The notes under the pieces: model-generated | The model's database searches: none | The model's input: only the letters and a program-made list of their open reading frames with translations | What the model was told of the DNA's origin: nothing | Program-made: the position numbers and the translations under genes | Part shown: piece by piece, positions 9,991 to 19,381 of the stretch | Numbering within the stretch: position 1 is the first letter of the stretch | How the letters are laid out: each line of letters starts with the position of its first letter | Assembly: GCA_965205025.1 (NCBI GenBank) | Contig: CBDBFU010000003.1 | Coordinates: 1 to 64,000 of the forward strand | Source: Candidatus Poribacteria bacterium | Lineage (GTDB): Bacteria; Poribacteria; WGA-4E; WGA-3G | Direction: 5' to 3' | Length of the DNA: 64,000 bases

Positions 9991-12399
9991 ATGACTAAGG
10001 ATTTACTGATGTCATTTAGGTGTTTGACTACCTGCATTGTTTCGGGCTTTATATTCCTCCTACTGTTTGTCTTCACATCATACATAACTGCACAGGATTC
10101 CTCTAACACATCCCCTACCGACTACTTCAACCACATCACCCTATTCTCCGATGGCAGAATCACCCGATTCACACATACTCCAATTCAGATATATATCTCC
10201 CCTATCATAAAAGAGAGTCCGTTTTTACCTGAAATCCGATATGCTATGGAGAAATGGGAATCAGTCTCTGAAGGAAAAATCAAATTCCAAGAGACAGACA
10301 CCTCAACAGATGCAGACATCCGTATCTCATGGGGATATTCCAATCTTATGGATGTTCATGATACCCGCTTAGGAAGCGCAGTCTTAAGACGGTTAACCGA
10401 TAAGACGTCCCCTACTACTAATGTCGATTATCAAGTGGAAGGCATTACATCAAAACACAGAAAAGACATCAGTGTTGAAGTCATCCTTATTATGGAGGGA
10501 GATGAACCTGATACAGAACTATCCCAAGAAGAAATGCGGACAGTATGTCTACATGAGATTGGGCATGCAATCGGTCTATGGGGACACAGTCCTCATCCGG
10601 GGGATATCTGTTATCCAACAGCATCAGCACAAACTCCTTCTCAACGAGATATAAACACATTACTAAGACTCTATGATACACCAATTGATACACCACAACA
10701 CGATATTGCGATAAAGGCATTAAAGACCGAAATCATATTGGAACCAAGAGAACACTATCCTCGCTTTTTACTTGGGACTGTGTATTATGATAAAGGTGAT
10801 ATGGATTCTGCGATCCATCATTTAAAGGATTGTATTAAACTAAATAAATCCTTTAAACCTGCAATTGAAAAACTCCTTCAAGCATATAAGAATTCGGGTC
10901 AATTAGATACTGCTATAGACCTTCTTGAACAGAGGATAAAAAAGAAACCGAGTGCTACTGACTATAACACCCTCGGTATTTACTATTACAAACAAGGTGA
11001 TTTCAATACAGCAATTAATGCTTTTGAAAGCGCTGTGAAACTTGACCCATACCTAAAAGCAGCAAAACACAACCTTCATCAACTATTTAGAGAAAAGGCG
11101 TTCACTGCTATGAAGGCAAAGAATTATTCAGTTGCAACAGAAGCTCTTGAAAGAGTAATACAACTTAATCCTCTTGATTCAAGATCGTATACCCTAATTG
11201 CTGATGGATATGCACATGTTGATGACTACGTTTCTGCAATAAAATACTATAAAAAGGCATTGGAACTTAATCCTGTCAGTAAGCTAACTAAAAAAGGACT
11301 GGCAAGATGTTATAATAACTACGGTGTGAAACTAAGAAATAGTCAAAAATGGGATGAAGCAATAAATACTTATCGTAAAGCACTGGAATTACATCCCAAC
11401 CTTCATATTGCTCGAGTCAATCTCAGTGATGCATTTTGGCAAAAAGCAAACACTCTACGAAATTCTGGTGAGGTAGCAAAAGCAATCGATACCTATCTTG
11501 AATTGCAAAAACTCAATCCAAACGACACCCGAATCTCCAGTCTACTTGGTGAATTATACCTAAAGAAAGGTAATTTCCCAGCTGCTGTTTCTGCTTTTCA
11601 TAAGGTATATACGTCCAAACCTGACGAACCACAGGCACGGCACAATTTAATTGCTGCATACCATCAGTCAGCACTAAACTTAATTAACCAACGAAATTAT
11701 CAATCCGCTATAAATCTACTTCAGAAAGCAGTTGTTGTAGCTCCTGACGAACCGAATATACGTGTTAGTTTGGCACATGCATTTCAGAATATTGGGGACT
11801 ATGACAGGGCACAAGTCCAACTGACACAGGTTTTAAAGGACAAACCCAACAATGAACAGGCATCAACTGAACAGATTAACCTATATATTCGACGTGGGAA
11901 CTCTTTAGTTAAACAGAAAAAATATACAGCCGCACTCACTCAATTTACATCTATTCCTGACGAACAAAGGGATACGGTAATTCACAACATTATCGGTTAT
12001 TTATATCTCGTGCGACGTAAATATTCAGAGGCATTGACTGCATTTGAAAAAGTTATTGCCATTGAACCACACAATTTTTCCACATATCAAAATCTTATAT
12101 CCCTTGAATCGCAAATATCAAGTCGACTATTTGAGAAACAGAAAAATGAAAAACTTATCCGGGCACGTTGTGCACTTGCTATTTGCTTGATGAGTCAGCA
12201 ACAATTCGATTCTGCCCTTACAAAATATAAAGAGGCAATGGATACAAATTCAGATGAATATAAACAGTTATTGGTTAACACTGGAATAAAATTGGTGCGT
12301 GGTTTTGAAGCACAAAACGATACAGTTCGTAGTGCAGAAATACAAAGCTTACTGCATGAATTAAAGCCTGATATAGATAAAACAATTAATGATCGGTAA
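9991..12399 (+). CDS. Exported matrixin-like zinc metalloprotease with a long TPR array
   Basis: Hydrophobic N-terminus; HEIGHAIGLWGHS zinc motif; many TPR units (e.g. YNTLGIYYYKQGDFNTAINAFESAVKLDP). Confidence 0.88.
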   Translation: MTKDLLMSFRCLTTCIVSGFIFLLLFVFTSYITAQDSSNTSPTDYFNHITLFSDGRITRFTHTPIQIYISPIIKESPFLPEIRYAMEKWESVSEGKIKFQETDTSTDADIRISWGYSNLMDVHDTRLGSAVLRRLTDKTSPTTNVDYQVEGITSKHRKDISVEVILIMEGDEPDTELSQEEMRTVCLHEIGHAIGLWGHSPHPGDICYPTASAQTPSQRDINTLLRLYDTPIDTPQHDIAIKALKTEIILEPREHYPRFLLGTVYYDKGDMDSAIHHLKDCIKLNKSFKPAIEKLLQAYKNSGQLDTAIDLLEQRIKKKPSATDYNTLGIYYYKQGDFNTAINAFESAVKLDPYLKAAKHNLHQLFREKAFTAMKAKNYSVATEALERVIQLNPLDSRSYTLIADGYAHVDDYVSAIKYYKKALELNPVSKLTKKGLARCYNNYGVKLRNSQKWDEAINTYRKALELHPNLHIARVNLSDAFWQKANTLRNSGEVAKAIDTYLELQKLNPNDTRISSLLGELYLKKGNFPAAVSAFHKVYTSKPDEPQARHNLIAAYHQSALNLINQRNYQSAINLLQKAVVVAPDEPNIRVSLAHAFQNIGDYDRAQVQLTQVLKDKPNNEQASTEQINLYIRRGNSLVKQKKYTAALTQFTSIPDEQRDTVIHNIIGYLYLVRRKYSEALTAFEKVIAIEPHNFSTYQNLISLESQISSRLFEKQKNEKLIRARCALAICLMSQQQFDSALTKYKEAMDTNSDEYKQLLVNTGIKLVRGFEAQNDTVRSAEIQSLLHELKPDIDKTINDR

Positions 12400-12530
12400 A
12401 TGATCTGATGTATTTCAAACAGTTCTATTGTACCGTTAGGTATACTCCCACCAAGACTATACTATATAATACCAATTCTATTTAAATAGTTCACATTACG
12501 AATACTCTTGGTAGTCCCCCTGATAAGGGG

Positions 12531-12584
12531 CGGGGAATGCCATAAGGCATTCATACCCGGGGAATGCTAAATAGCATTCATACC
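12531..12584. repeat. Two tandem 27-bp palindromic units
   Basis: CGGGGAATGCCATAAGGCATTCATACC and CGGGGAATGCTAAATAGCATTCATACC. Confidence 0.8.
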
Positions 12585-12620
12585 GTTGGTTCCTTGATTC
12601 TTTAGGGGGTTTCTTCAATT

Positions 12621-12783
12621 AACGTGAGTTTGATAAGTAGTTAGGTCTTTCACATTTCCTCTTAAAGTCCCCCTGATAAGGGGGATTTAGGGGGTTAAAA
12701 ACACCAAAATGACGATTTTTTCAGCAAATATGTCCGTTCTCTGTTCATTTTGCGTCCATCTTGTTAATTATCAAACTCACGTT
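12621..12783. mobile_element. MITE-like element with perfect 16-bp TIR AACGTGAGTTTGATAA
   Basis: TIRs at 12621-12636 and 12768-12783; CAATT duplicated at 12616-12620 and 12784-12788; internal core shared with 39081-39150. Confidence 0.8.
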
Positions 12784-12844
12784 CAATTAATAATGGGCGA
12801 TCATTATTTAGAAATGGTATAACTCACAACTCAGGTTATAAATA

Positions 12845-12874
12845 AAAAGGTCGGATTGTAACATCCGACCTTTT
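12845..12874. terminator. Bidirectional intrinsic terminator
   Basis: AAAAGGTCGGAT-6 nt-ATCCGACCTTTT between convergent genes. Confidence 0.8.
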
Positions 12875-12894
12875 CTTTGAAAATGTATGGAAAT

Positions 12895-13461
12895 TTATGG
12901 AGTATCGCGTAATTCACGTCTACCTTGTCCGCGTTGACCATCATCCCCACCTTGTTGTCTGCCACGGAACCTATTCCGGCGTTGTGCATCCGCTTCTATC
13001 CGTTTTTTCATAGAATCCGTCAATTGCTTCATCTGCTCTTCAGACAATACCTCTTTCAGACCAGTCTGTAATTCTTTGATTGCCGTCGTTGAAATAGTGC
13101 GCATACCTTGCATCATAGCTTGGAAATCACCTGACTCACGTAACTTAGTCATTTCCTTCATTTTTGCAGTAATCTTATCGCGTGCTTCTTGGTGAACAGA
13201 ACGTGCCTTAATGAGTGTTTCGTCATCCACCTTTATAGCAAAAGTCAAATCCAACCATGAATTATCAATAAAGGAAGATGGATTAAAATTCCCCATCGTA
13301 TTACCACCACGACGCTCTTCTCCTCCACGATCCCCACGTTGTCCACGTTCTGGTTGATCATTTCTATCTGGACGTTGTGCTGAAGTAACATGTTCAAAAA
13401 CAAAGAGACAAACTACTGCCAAAAGTGCGATTATGCCGAGTGTGAAAAATTTCTGTTTCAT
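12895..13461 (-). CDS. Exported helical protein with Arg/Gly-rich ends (Spy/CpxP-like architecture)
   Basis: Signal peptide; LSEEQ motif; RG-rich disordered tails; AAGGAG RBS. Confidence 0.7.
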   Translation of the reverse strand: MKQKFFTLGIIALLAVVCLFVFEHVTSAQRPDRNDQPERGQRGDRGGEERRGGNTMGNFNPSSFIDNSWLDLTFAIKVDDETLIKARSVHQEARDKITAKMKEMTKLRESGDFQAMMQGMRTISTTAIKELQTGLKEVLSEEQMKQLTDSMKKRIEADAQRRNRFRGRQQGGDDGQRGQGRRELRDTP

Positions 13462-13686
13462 TTCTTTCTCCTTAGTTTAATGTATAATCCTAATTTCAGT
13501 TTCAAAGTTATTGCTTAATCAAAAGTCTTAATGTAAGAATCGAATTGAACACCATCAAGTCGCTTCAAAATGCATGTACATCTAATTTCGAATGTTTAGT
13601 CAAGTTAAATAAAAAAAGGTTCGATTTCATTTTCATTAAAACGGCTTATTAAATCCAAACTTACATCTCTAATACAATTTGGGATG

Positions 13687-13908
13687 TTAGTTCTTCTCAA
13701 TATCTCGTTTATCCGTTCTTAATAGTGGGTCTGTCTTTGTCAGTTCTCCATTTGGCAACTCATAATAGAGGTGTCCATTAAAATCATAGACATTTGGAAT
13801 ACCTTTCTTCCGATTTACATCTTGTGCTTTTTTTACTGCACGATTCCCAATACGTAAAAACTCTTGTACTTGTAATAGGTTTTTGAATTTCATTTCGTTA
13901 CGATTCAT
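13687..13908 (-). CDS. Small protein coupled to a zeta-toxin-like ATPase (putative antitoxin)
   Basis: ATGA overlap with the upstream gene; GNRAVKKAQ..NRKKGIPNVY pattern typical of such partners. Confidence 0.7.
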   Translation of the reverse strand: MNRNEMKFKNLLQVQEFLRIGNRAVKKAQDVNRKKGIPNVYDFNGHLYYELPNGELTKTDPLLRTDKRDIEKN

Positions 13909-14495
13909 GGTATACCTTTTTCTTTCAAGTCCGACATAAATGTCTCAAATACGCTTTCATTCACTATTGTAAACTGGTTATTCTCACCAAAAACAACTTC
14001 ATGAAAATGGTTCTCTGAATTATAGAACAAATACCATTGATGAACTTGTTTTTTATAGATGTGCCAAAAGTTGTATTTGCTCCGATAGAAGCGACGAATG
14101 ATGTCTTCTGTTGGCACATGATGTCCACCTAACCTTACTCGGTTTCTTACTCGAGCAATACAGGTTTCAGGGGATTTAAGAAATATGAAGATTATCGTGA
14201 CAGTATATCCCGCCTGTTTTAATTGAGAAATTACTTTCTGGAACCCTTTACCAGCGAGAGTCACTTCAACAATAAAATCTTTCTCCATCTGGATAAGACT
14301 ATAGATTTCTTCAAAAAAGAGTCGTCCCGCTTGTATGCGTACTGAATTGAACATTTCTGGAGAATGCACGAGTCTTTCTGCTATTGCATCAGCACTAATA
14401 TATACCAGATCCTCCAAACTATGTAAATATTCTGTAGCGAATGTAGTTTTACCAGATCCGTTCGGTCCAGCGACGATTATAGCGTTTCTTGACAA
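13905..14495 (-). CDS. Zeta-toxin-like P-loop kinase/ATPase
   Basis: AGPNGSGKTT Walker A; RVRNRVRLGGHHVP motif. Confidence 0.85.
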   Translation of the reverse strand: MSRNAIIVAGPNGSGKTTFATEYLHSLEDLVYISADAIAERLVHSPEMFNSVRIQAGRLFFEEIYSLIQMEKDFIVEVTLAGKGFQKVISQLKQAGYTVTIIFIFLKSPETCIARVRNRVRLGGHHVPTEDIIRRFYRSKYNFWHIYKKQVHQWYLFYNSENHFHEVVFGENNQFTIVNESVFETFMSDLKEKGIP

Positions 14496-14684
14496 AGATT
14501 ATGCTCCAAATTTAATCTATAATTTTGTTCTTAACAATTGGGTTGTATCGTTATATGTCTATAAACAAACTCTTCATCTATTATATCAAGTAACCTATTT
14601 CTGCAGGAATAATATTTGCATATAATAAACCCTTTCTTGATACCTGACAATGGATATGTTAAAATTGAAACAGAAGGATAACAA

Positions 14685-15617
14685 ATGGATTGGAAAACTG
14701 CCCTACCCGATATAGTAACCCAACCCACAACAAGACTCAGGTTTGGTGAATCTCTCGCAAAGCATACTCACTTTGGAATTGGTGGCAAAACATCCGCCTT
14801 TATTGAAGTTAGTTCTGTAGATGAATTATCAGAATTAGCACTGTTTCAACATAAATGGCAAGTCCCCGTTGCTGTCATTGGACGAGGATCAAACCTGCTG
14901 GTCAGCGATAACGGTTTTGATGGCATCTGTATTAAGTTAAAAGATGATTTAGCTAAACTTGAGATACAAGGCAATAACGTCACAGTTGGAGCAGGTCTTT
15001 CATTACCAAATCTATCCAAAACGATGTCTCGGAATGGATTGAGTGGTCTCGAATTTGCTTTAGGTATCCCTGGTGCTGTAGGTGGGGCACTCATTATGAA
15101 CGCGGGGGCATGGGGAAGTAGCTTTGGAGATGTGGTTAAAAACGTAACTGTGATGAGTGATACAGGTGAACTCATTAAATTAACACACGATGACGCAGGT
15201 TTTGAATATAGACGTAGTGGTTTAGATAAATATTTCTGTATTACCCAGGCCACTCTGACGCTTGAATTTGGTGATGTTGATACAATTACAGATAAAATGC
15301 AGAAACTCTTCAAACAGAAGACAGATACACAACCTTTTGTTGAAGAAAACGCAGGATGTATGTTTAAAAATCCCTCCGGTGATTCCGCTGGTCGTCTAAT
15401 TGATATATGCGGATTAAAAGGTCATCGGATCGGTGGGGCAGAAGTCTCTACGGTTCACGGTAATTTCATTCTAAATATTGACAATGCAACTGCACAAGAT
15501 GTACTGGACTTAGTAGCATATATTCAAAAACAGGTCCGAGAGAAAACAGGGATTTACCTACACACCGAGGTGAAAAGATTAGGATTTGATGAACAAATGA
15601 ACTCAAATTTACCATGA
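14685..15617 (+). CDS. murB: UDP-N-acetylenolpyruvoylglucosamine reductase
   Basis: GRGSNLL, GLEFALGIPGAVGGALIMNAGA, FEYRRS, GCMFKNP and HGNFILN motifs. Confidence 0.96.
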   Translation: MDWKTALPDIVTQPTTRLRFGESLAKHTHFGIGGKTSAFIEVSSVDELSELALFQHKWQVPVAVIGRGSNLLVSDNGFDGICIKLKDDLAKLEIQGNNVTVGAGLSLPNLSKTMSRNGLSGLEFALGIPGAVGGALIMNAGAWGSSFGDVVKNVTVMSDTGELIKLTHDDAGFEYRRSGLDKYFCITQATLTLEFGDVDTITDKMQKLFKQKTDTQPFVEENAGCMFKNPSGDSAGRLIDICGLKGHRIGGAEVSTVHGNFILNIDNATAQDVLDLVAYIQKQVREKTGIYLHTEVKRLGFDEQMNSNLP

Positions 15618-15721
15618 TTTAAACTGAATGCTGTCATACTACCAATCCTAACCTAAATATATACATTGACACCTGTGCCTAATTACTTCTCAAAATAATA
15701 TTCTAACATCTTAGACATATC

Positions 15722-16081
15722 ATGGATTATATCCTCTTAAAAGACATCCGATTTCATGGGTTTCACGGTGTTCCCGCTGAAGAACGTCAAGTCGGAGGAC
15801 ACTACGAAGTCGATGCTATTTTAAAATACTCACTTAAAAATGCTGGAAATACTGATGCTCTTGAACATACGATTGACTATGCAAAGGTCGTTGACCTTAT
15901 TACTGACATTGGAACACAACAATCATTCAAATTGATAGAAGCCTTAGCAGAGACTATTGCTTCTGATATTTTAAAACAATTTCCAGTGGAATCTGTCAAA
16001 TTAATTGTGAAAAAACTAAATCCACCAATTAAACAACCTATTACCTATTTCGCCGTTGAAATCTGTCGTAAAAAGGAATAA
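15722..16081 (+). CDS. folB: Dihydroneopterin aldolase
   Basis: FHGFHGVPAEE, TIDY, LIEALAE and KLNPPI motifs. Confidence 0.95.
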   Translation: MDYILLKDIRFHGFHGVPAEERQVGGHYEVDAILKYSLKNAGNTDALEHTIDYAKVVDLITDIGTQQSFKLIEALAETIASDILKQFPVESVKLIVKKLNPPIKQPITYFAVEICRKKE

Positions 16082-16083
16082 AC

Positions 16084-17286
16084 ATGAGATCTGCTGCACA
16101 CCTATCTATCATCATTCTATTGTTCTGTTTAATAAACATCACTATACAAGCAGGAGGAAAGAAAACACAACTCTTTCCAGAATTGTCACATGGACTAAAT
16201 ATCTACCGGTATGAATGGGATGTTGAAACATGTGTTATGTATGTAGCTGAAATGTCAAGGGACGAGTCCACATTGCAATTTGAGGTCGCTCTTGGTAATT
16301 CACAAGTCTTAGGTAAAGAAACTGTTCGATCTATGGCAGATAGTCGCGACCAAAATGGGGATCGTCAGGTCCTCGTAGCAGTCAACGGCGGATTCGGCGT
16401 TTTAGGGGATATGCGTGGATACGGTGGTGTCTTGGAAAACCTACACATTCAGGATGGGGAATTAATCACACAACCAACTGATATAGATGCATGCTTCGGT
16501 GTAACCAATGATGGTGAATTCATTAGTGATCCTGTGCAAATGAAGGCAAACATTCAGATTAACAATCATAAACTTGAAATCGGATGTATAAATCAACGAA
16601 GACTTGATGGGTGCAAGATTACACTTTATACACCCCGATTGGGAGAGTCAACCCATACACTACGACGTAGAGGTAAAGAAATAATACTAACCGGTCTACA
16701 ACTTCCATTGACACAATACTATGAGAATCCTTATCAAGTTAAAAGGGTTAATAACAACGGGAATGCAACGATCCCGAGTGATGGGGCTGTTCTTTGGATT
16801 AGTTCTCAAATAAAGGATACAGCTGTTCAACAATTCAATCCTGGTGCCAGTGGAACACTTTCGGTGTCTCTTTCACCTTCTAAGTGGAATCAAGTACGTT
16901 ATGGAATTGGTGGACGAATTCGCCTACTCAAGAACGGAAAAGTGAATCGGGAAATTGCTGATAGACATTTTAAAGAAAAGAAACACGTTCCCGGCAAACG
17001 GGATCAGTTCCTAAATTTAAGCCATGAACCCAGAACTGCACTTGGATACAATGATAATACACTCTTCTTAATTGTTGCTGACGGAAGGCAACCTAAATAT
17101 AGCACAGGATTAACACTCTATGAACTTGCCAGTATTCTGATAGAACTTGGCGCGAAAGAAGCTATAAATCTGGATGGTGGTTCATCCAGCACTTTTATCG
17201 TTGATGGTAAAGTCATAAATAAACCCTCAGGTAAAGAAGAAAGAGAAGTCCTTAACGCTGTTTTTATCACAAAAGACTTACAATAG
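16084..17286 (+). CDS. Phosphodiester glycosidase (NAGPA/DUF2233) family exported protein
   Basis: Signal peptide; AVNGGF, EPRTALG, DGRQ and AINLDGGSSS motifs. Confidence 0.88.
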   Translation: MRSAAHLSIIILLFCLINITIQAGGKKTQLFPELSHGLNIYRYEWDVETCVMYVAEMSRDESTLQFEVALGNSQVLGKETVRSMADSRDQNGDRQVLVAVNGGFGVLGDMRGYGGVLENLHIQDGELITQPTDIDACFGVTNDGEFISDPVQMKANIQINNHKLEIGCINQRRLDGCKITLYTPRLGESTHTLRRRGKEIILTGLQLPLTQYYENPYQVKRVNNNGNATIPSDGAVLWISSQIKDTAVQQFNPGASGTLSVSLSPSKWNQVRYGIGGRIRLLKNGKVNREIADRHFKEKKHVPGKRDQFLNLSHEPRTALGYNDNTLFLIVADGRQPKYSTGLTLYELASILIELGAKEAINLDGGSSSTFIVDGKVINKPSGKEEREVLNAVFITKDLQ

Positions 17287-17306
17287 AATAATCATGGAGA
17301 TTTAAC

Positions 17307-18350
17307 GTGAAACATTACACTACAATTATAAGCATCTTTTGTCTAATTTTCTCTGTAGCGGAAAATCTACAAGCAGAAGATAAACCTACATTATTAAAAG
17401 CAATTCCACTCTCTCAAACCACCATTCTACTACAATTTGACTGGGAGTTGAATGCAGAAGAAGCAGAAAACCATTTACATTACCAAATTACACCTGATAT
17501 TACTATTGAAATGGCATTATATGGAAATACCCCAGACCGAGTACTATTATTCACATCTCAGATGGAAATTGAGAAATCATACCGTCTTAATCTAAAAATC
17601 ACTGAATCTGAAATAGACATAAAACTACCTGCTGAAAACGAGATTACCTTCGGGGCAGGGGACAACGTCACATTCTCTGGAGGTTTACAAGATACCACAC
17701 TTATAGTGAATAAGAATCGAAAAACAAGAAATAATAACGTCGGTGCTGAACCTACACTCAACTGTGAACCATCAGGAAGTATATTCTTTATTGCCTTTGA
17801 CCTATACGATGCATTTGAGGATATGGGAATAAGAGATCCAAATCAAGTATTAGATGTTTCAATCAGTTTACATTCCAATAATAATGAAATTGATTCAGAC
17901 CATACTCTTATCTTACGAAGAGTACTACTCCCCTGGCGGGAAGGAAGAGGAACAGGAGACAAAGCAAAAGATAACGAACTTACTTTCAACAGTCCTTTAC
18001 ATCGTAACCTACCATGGAATAAACCACCTGCTCAAGCCATGTTATCCGGAATTGATGGCGACAATGAAAGCGATTACAACGGGTCAGAGGATGTTGCTCA
18101 TCGGATTGATGGTGAATTTAAAATACAAAAAACAGGAAAACGTCATACATTCAAAAGCGAATTAATGACGGAAGCAGTCCGTTTTTGGGTGGCAAATCCC
18201 GATTATAATTACGGTTATCTTTTCGCATTACGTGAGGGTAACAAACCCATCATATTCTCTTCAAAAGAAGCACCTGATGAAACACTTCGTCCTGTCCTAA
18301 CTATCCGATACAACACAAAATCAGAGGTCGAAACAACAGATGCAAAATAA
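17307..18350 (+). CDS. Exported DNRLRE/TGF-beta-propeptide-like domain protein
   Basis: Signal peptide; QDTTL, WVANPDYNYG and FSSKEA..RPVLTIRY motifs. Confidence 0.7.
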   Translation: MKHYTTIISIFCLIFSVAENLQAEDKPTLLKAIPLSQTTILLQFDWELNAEEAENHLHYQITPDITIEMALYGNTPDRVLLFTSQMEIEKSYRLNLKITESEIDIKLPAENEITFGAGDNVTFSGGLQDTTLIVNKNRKTRNNNVGAEPTLNCEPSGSIFFIAFDLYDAFEDMGIRDPNQVLDVSISLHSNNNEIDSDHTLILRRVLLPWREGRGTGDKAKDNELTFNSPLHRNLPWNKPPAQAMLSGIDGDNESDYNGSEDVAHRIDGEFKIQKTGKRHTFKSELMTEAVRFWVANPDYNYGYLFALREGNKPIIFSSKEAPDETLRPVLTIRYNTKSEVETTDAK

Positions 18351-18359
18351 ATAAAAACC

Positions 18360-18393
18360 TTATTGGGACAATCGAATAACATTGTCCCAATAA
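18360..18393. terminator. 13-bp inverted repeat (terminator or operator) upstream of rpn
   Basis: TTATTGGGACAAT-8 nt-ATTGTCCCAATAA. Confidence 0.55.
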
Positions 18394-18432
18394 ACAGGGA
18401 TGTGATATAATTAGTATTACTTAAAGGGTAGA

Positions 18433-19374
18433 ATGGCAATATTTGATACAGTTACGAAATCACAGGTTCAAGCATATCCTATGGATTTCGTAAATTATTG
18501 TTTAGGTCTTCAACAAGATGATGTAACCTTTGTTGAACTGATTACACCAGAACAACCAACTATTGAGATGCATCAAGCAGATCTTCTCATTAAGGTTAAA
18601 CTTGGTGGTCAGGATAAGTTGGTACATTTAGAGTTTCAAACCTCCGATAGTTACGATCCTGATATGTCTCTACGGATGGCAGGTTACGTAATACGAATTC
18701 TTGAAACTTACCAAATGCCAGTATATTCCAATGTCATTTACCTTCGTCCGGATGCTGGTAGAAGAGATGTCGGATACTATGAGCAAGCCATAACTGGAAA
18801 CCGTGTTTTCGTTGAATACCAAGTAATCCGTCTAGCTGAGATGGATGGACAACAGATTCTTGAGACTAAACCTGTGGGGTTACTACCATTCTCACCCCTC
18901 ATGAAACGTCCTGATAATCTGGATGCTAAACAGTGGTTGCGACAATGTATTCAAGTGGCAGATAGTATGGAGGTTCAAGATAAACCGGCATATCTCGCGG
19001 GTATTGCAGTTTTAGGAAATTTGATTTATGACCACCAAACAATCTTAAATATTATTATGGAGGAAACCATGCACGAATCCACTCTCGTTGAATACTTAAC
19101 GGAAAAAGCTGCGGCCGAAGCACATAAACAAGGGGTGCAACAGGGGGTGCAACAGGGGGTGCAACAGGGGGTGCAACAGGGGGAGAAAAAAAGGGCAATT
19201 GAGGATATACTTGATGTGTTGGAAATTCGCCTAAATCCTAATGAAGCGAACGACTTGAAACCAGAGTTGGAGATAATTGACGACTTACAACGTCTTAAGC
19301 AGTTACATCGCGCAGCAATCATTGCAAATACAACTGAGGATTTCAAGAAAGTCTTAGATTCAGACGATAATTGA
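18433..19374 (+). CDS. Rpn/YhgA-like PD-(D/E)xK recombination-promoting nuclease
   Basis: ADLL..VHLEFQ..MSLRMAGY core; QQGVQ repeats; DDLQRLKQLHRAAI C-terminal domain. Confidence 0.88.
   Translation: MAIFDTVTKSQVQAYPMDFVNYCLGLQQDDVTFVELITPEQPTIEMHQADLLIKVKLGGQDKLVHLEFQTSDSYDPDMSLRMAGYVIRILETYQMPVYSNVIYLRPDAGRRDVGYYEQAITGNRVFVEYQVIRLAEMDGQQILETKPVGLLPFSPLMKRPDNLDAKQWLRQCIQVADSMEVQDKPAYLAGIAVLGNLIYDHQTILNIIMEETMHESTLVEYLTEKAAAEAHKQGVQQGVQQGVQQGVQQGEKKRAIEDILDVLEIRLNPNEANDLKPELEIIDDLQRLKQLHRAAIIANTTEDFKKVLDSDDN
19069..19374 (+). CDS. Putative internally initiated small Rpn C-terminal protein (RpnS-like antitoxin, 101 aa)
   Basis: GGAGG at 19059-19063, 5 nt before the in-frame ATG at 19069. Confidence 0.6.
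   Translation: MHESTLVEYLTEKAAAEAHKQGVQQGVQQGVQQGVQQGEKKRAIEDILDVLEIRLNPNEANDLKPELEIIDDLQRLKQLHRAAIIANTTEDFKKVLDSDDN
19129..19182 (+). repeat. 12-bp coding tandem repeat (CAGGGGGTGCAA x4 plus a partial unit)
   Basis: Encodes QGVQ QGVQ QGVQ QGVQ QG. Confidence 0.9.
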
Positions 19375-19381
19375 AGGATTC

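Larger units (their letters stand above)
12469..12820. mobile_element. Composite nested MITE/REP element, outer inverted repeat ATACCA(A/T)TTCTA
   Basis: Arms at 12469-12480 and 12809-12820; contains a split GC-rich core, two 27-bp palindromic units and an inner element. Confidence 0.7.

Noticed and set aside
12531-12584. Possible CRISPR repeats
   Set aside because: Two abutting palindromes with no spacer, lying inside a composite repeat element
19026-19346. Antisense ORF with CCTP repeats (metallothionein-like)
   Set aside because: It is the reverse reading of the 12-bp repeat inside rpn
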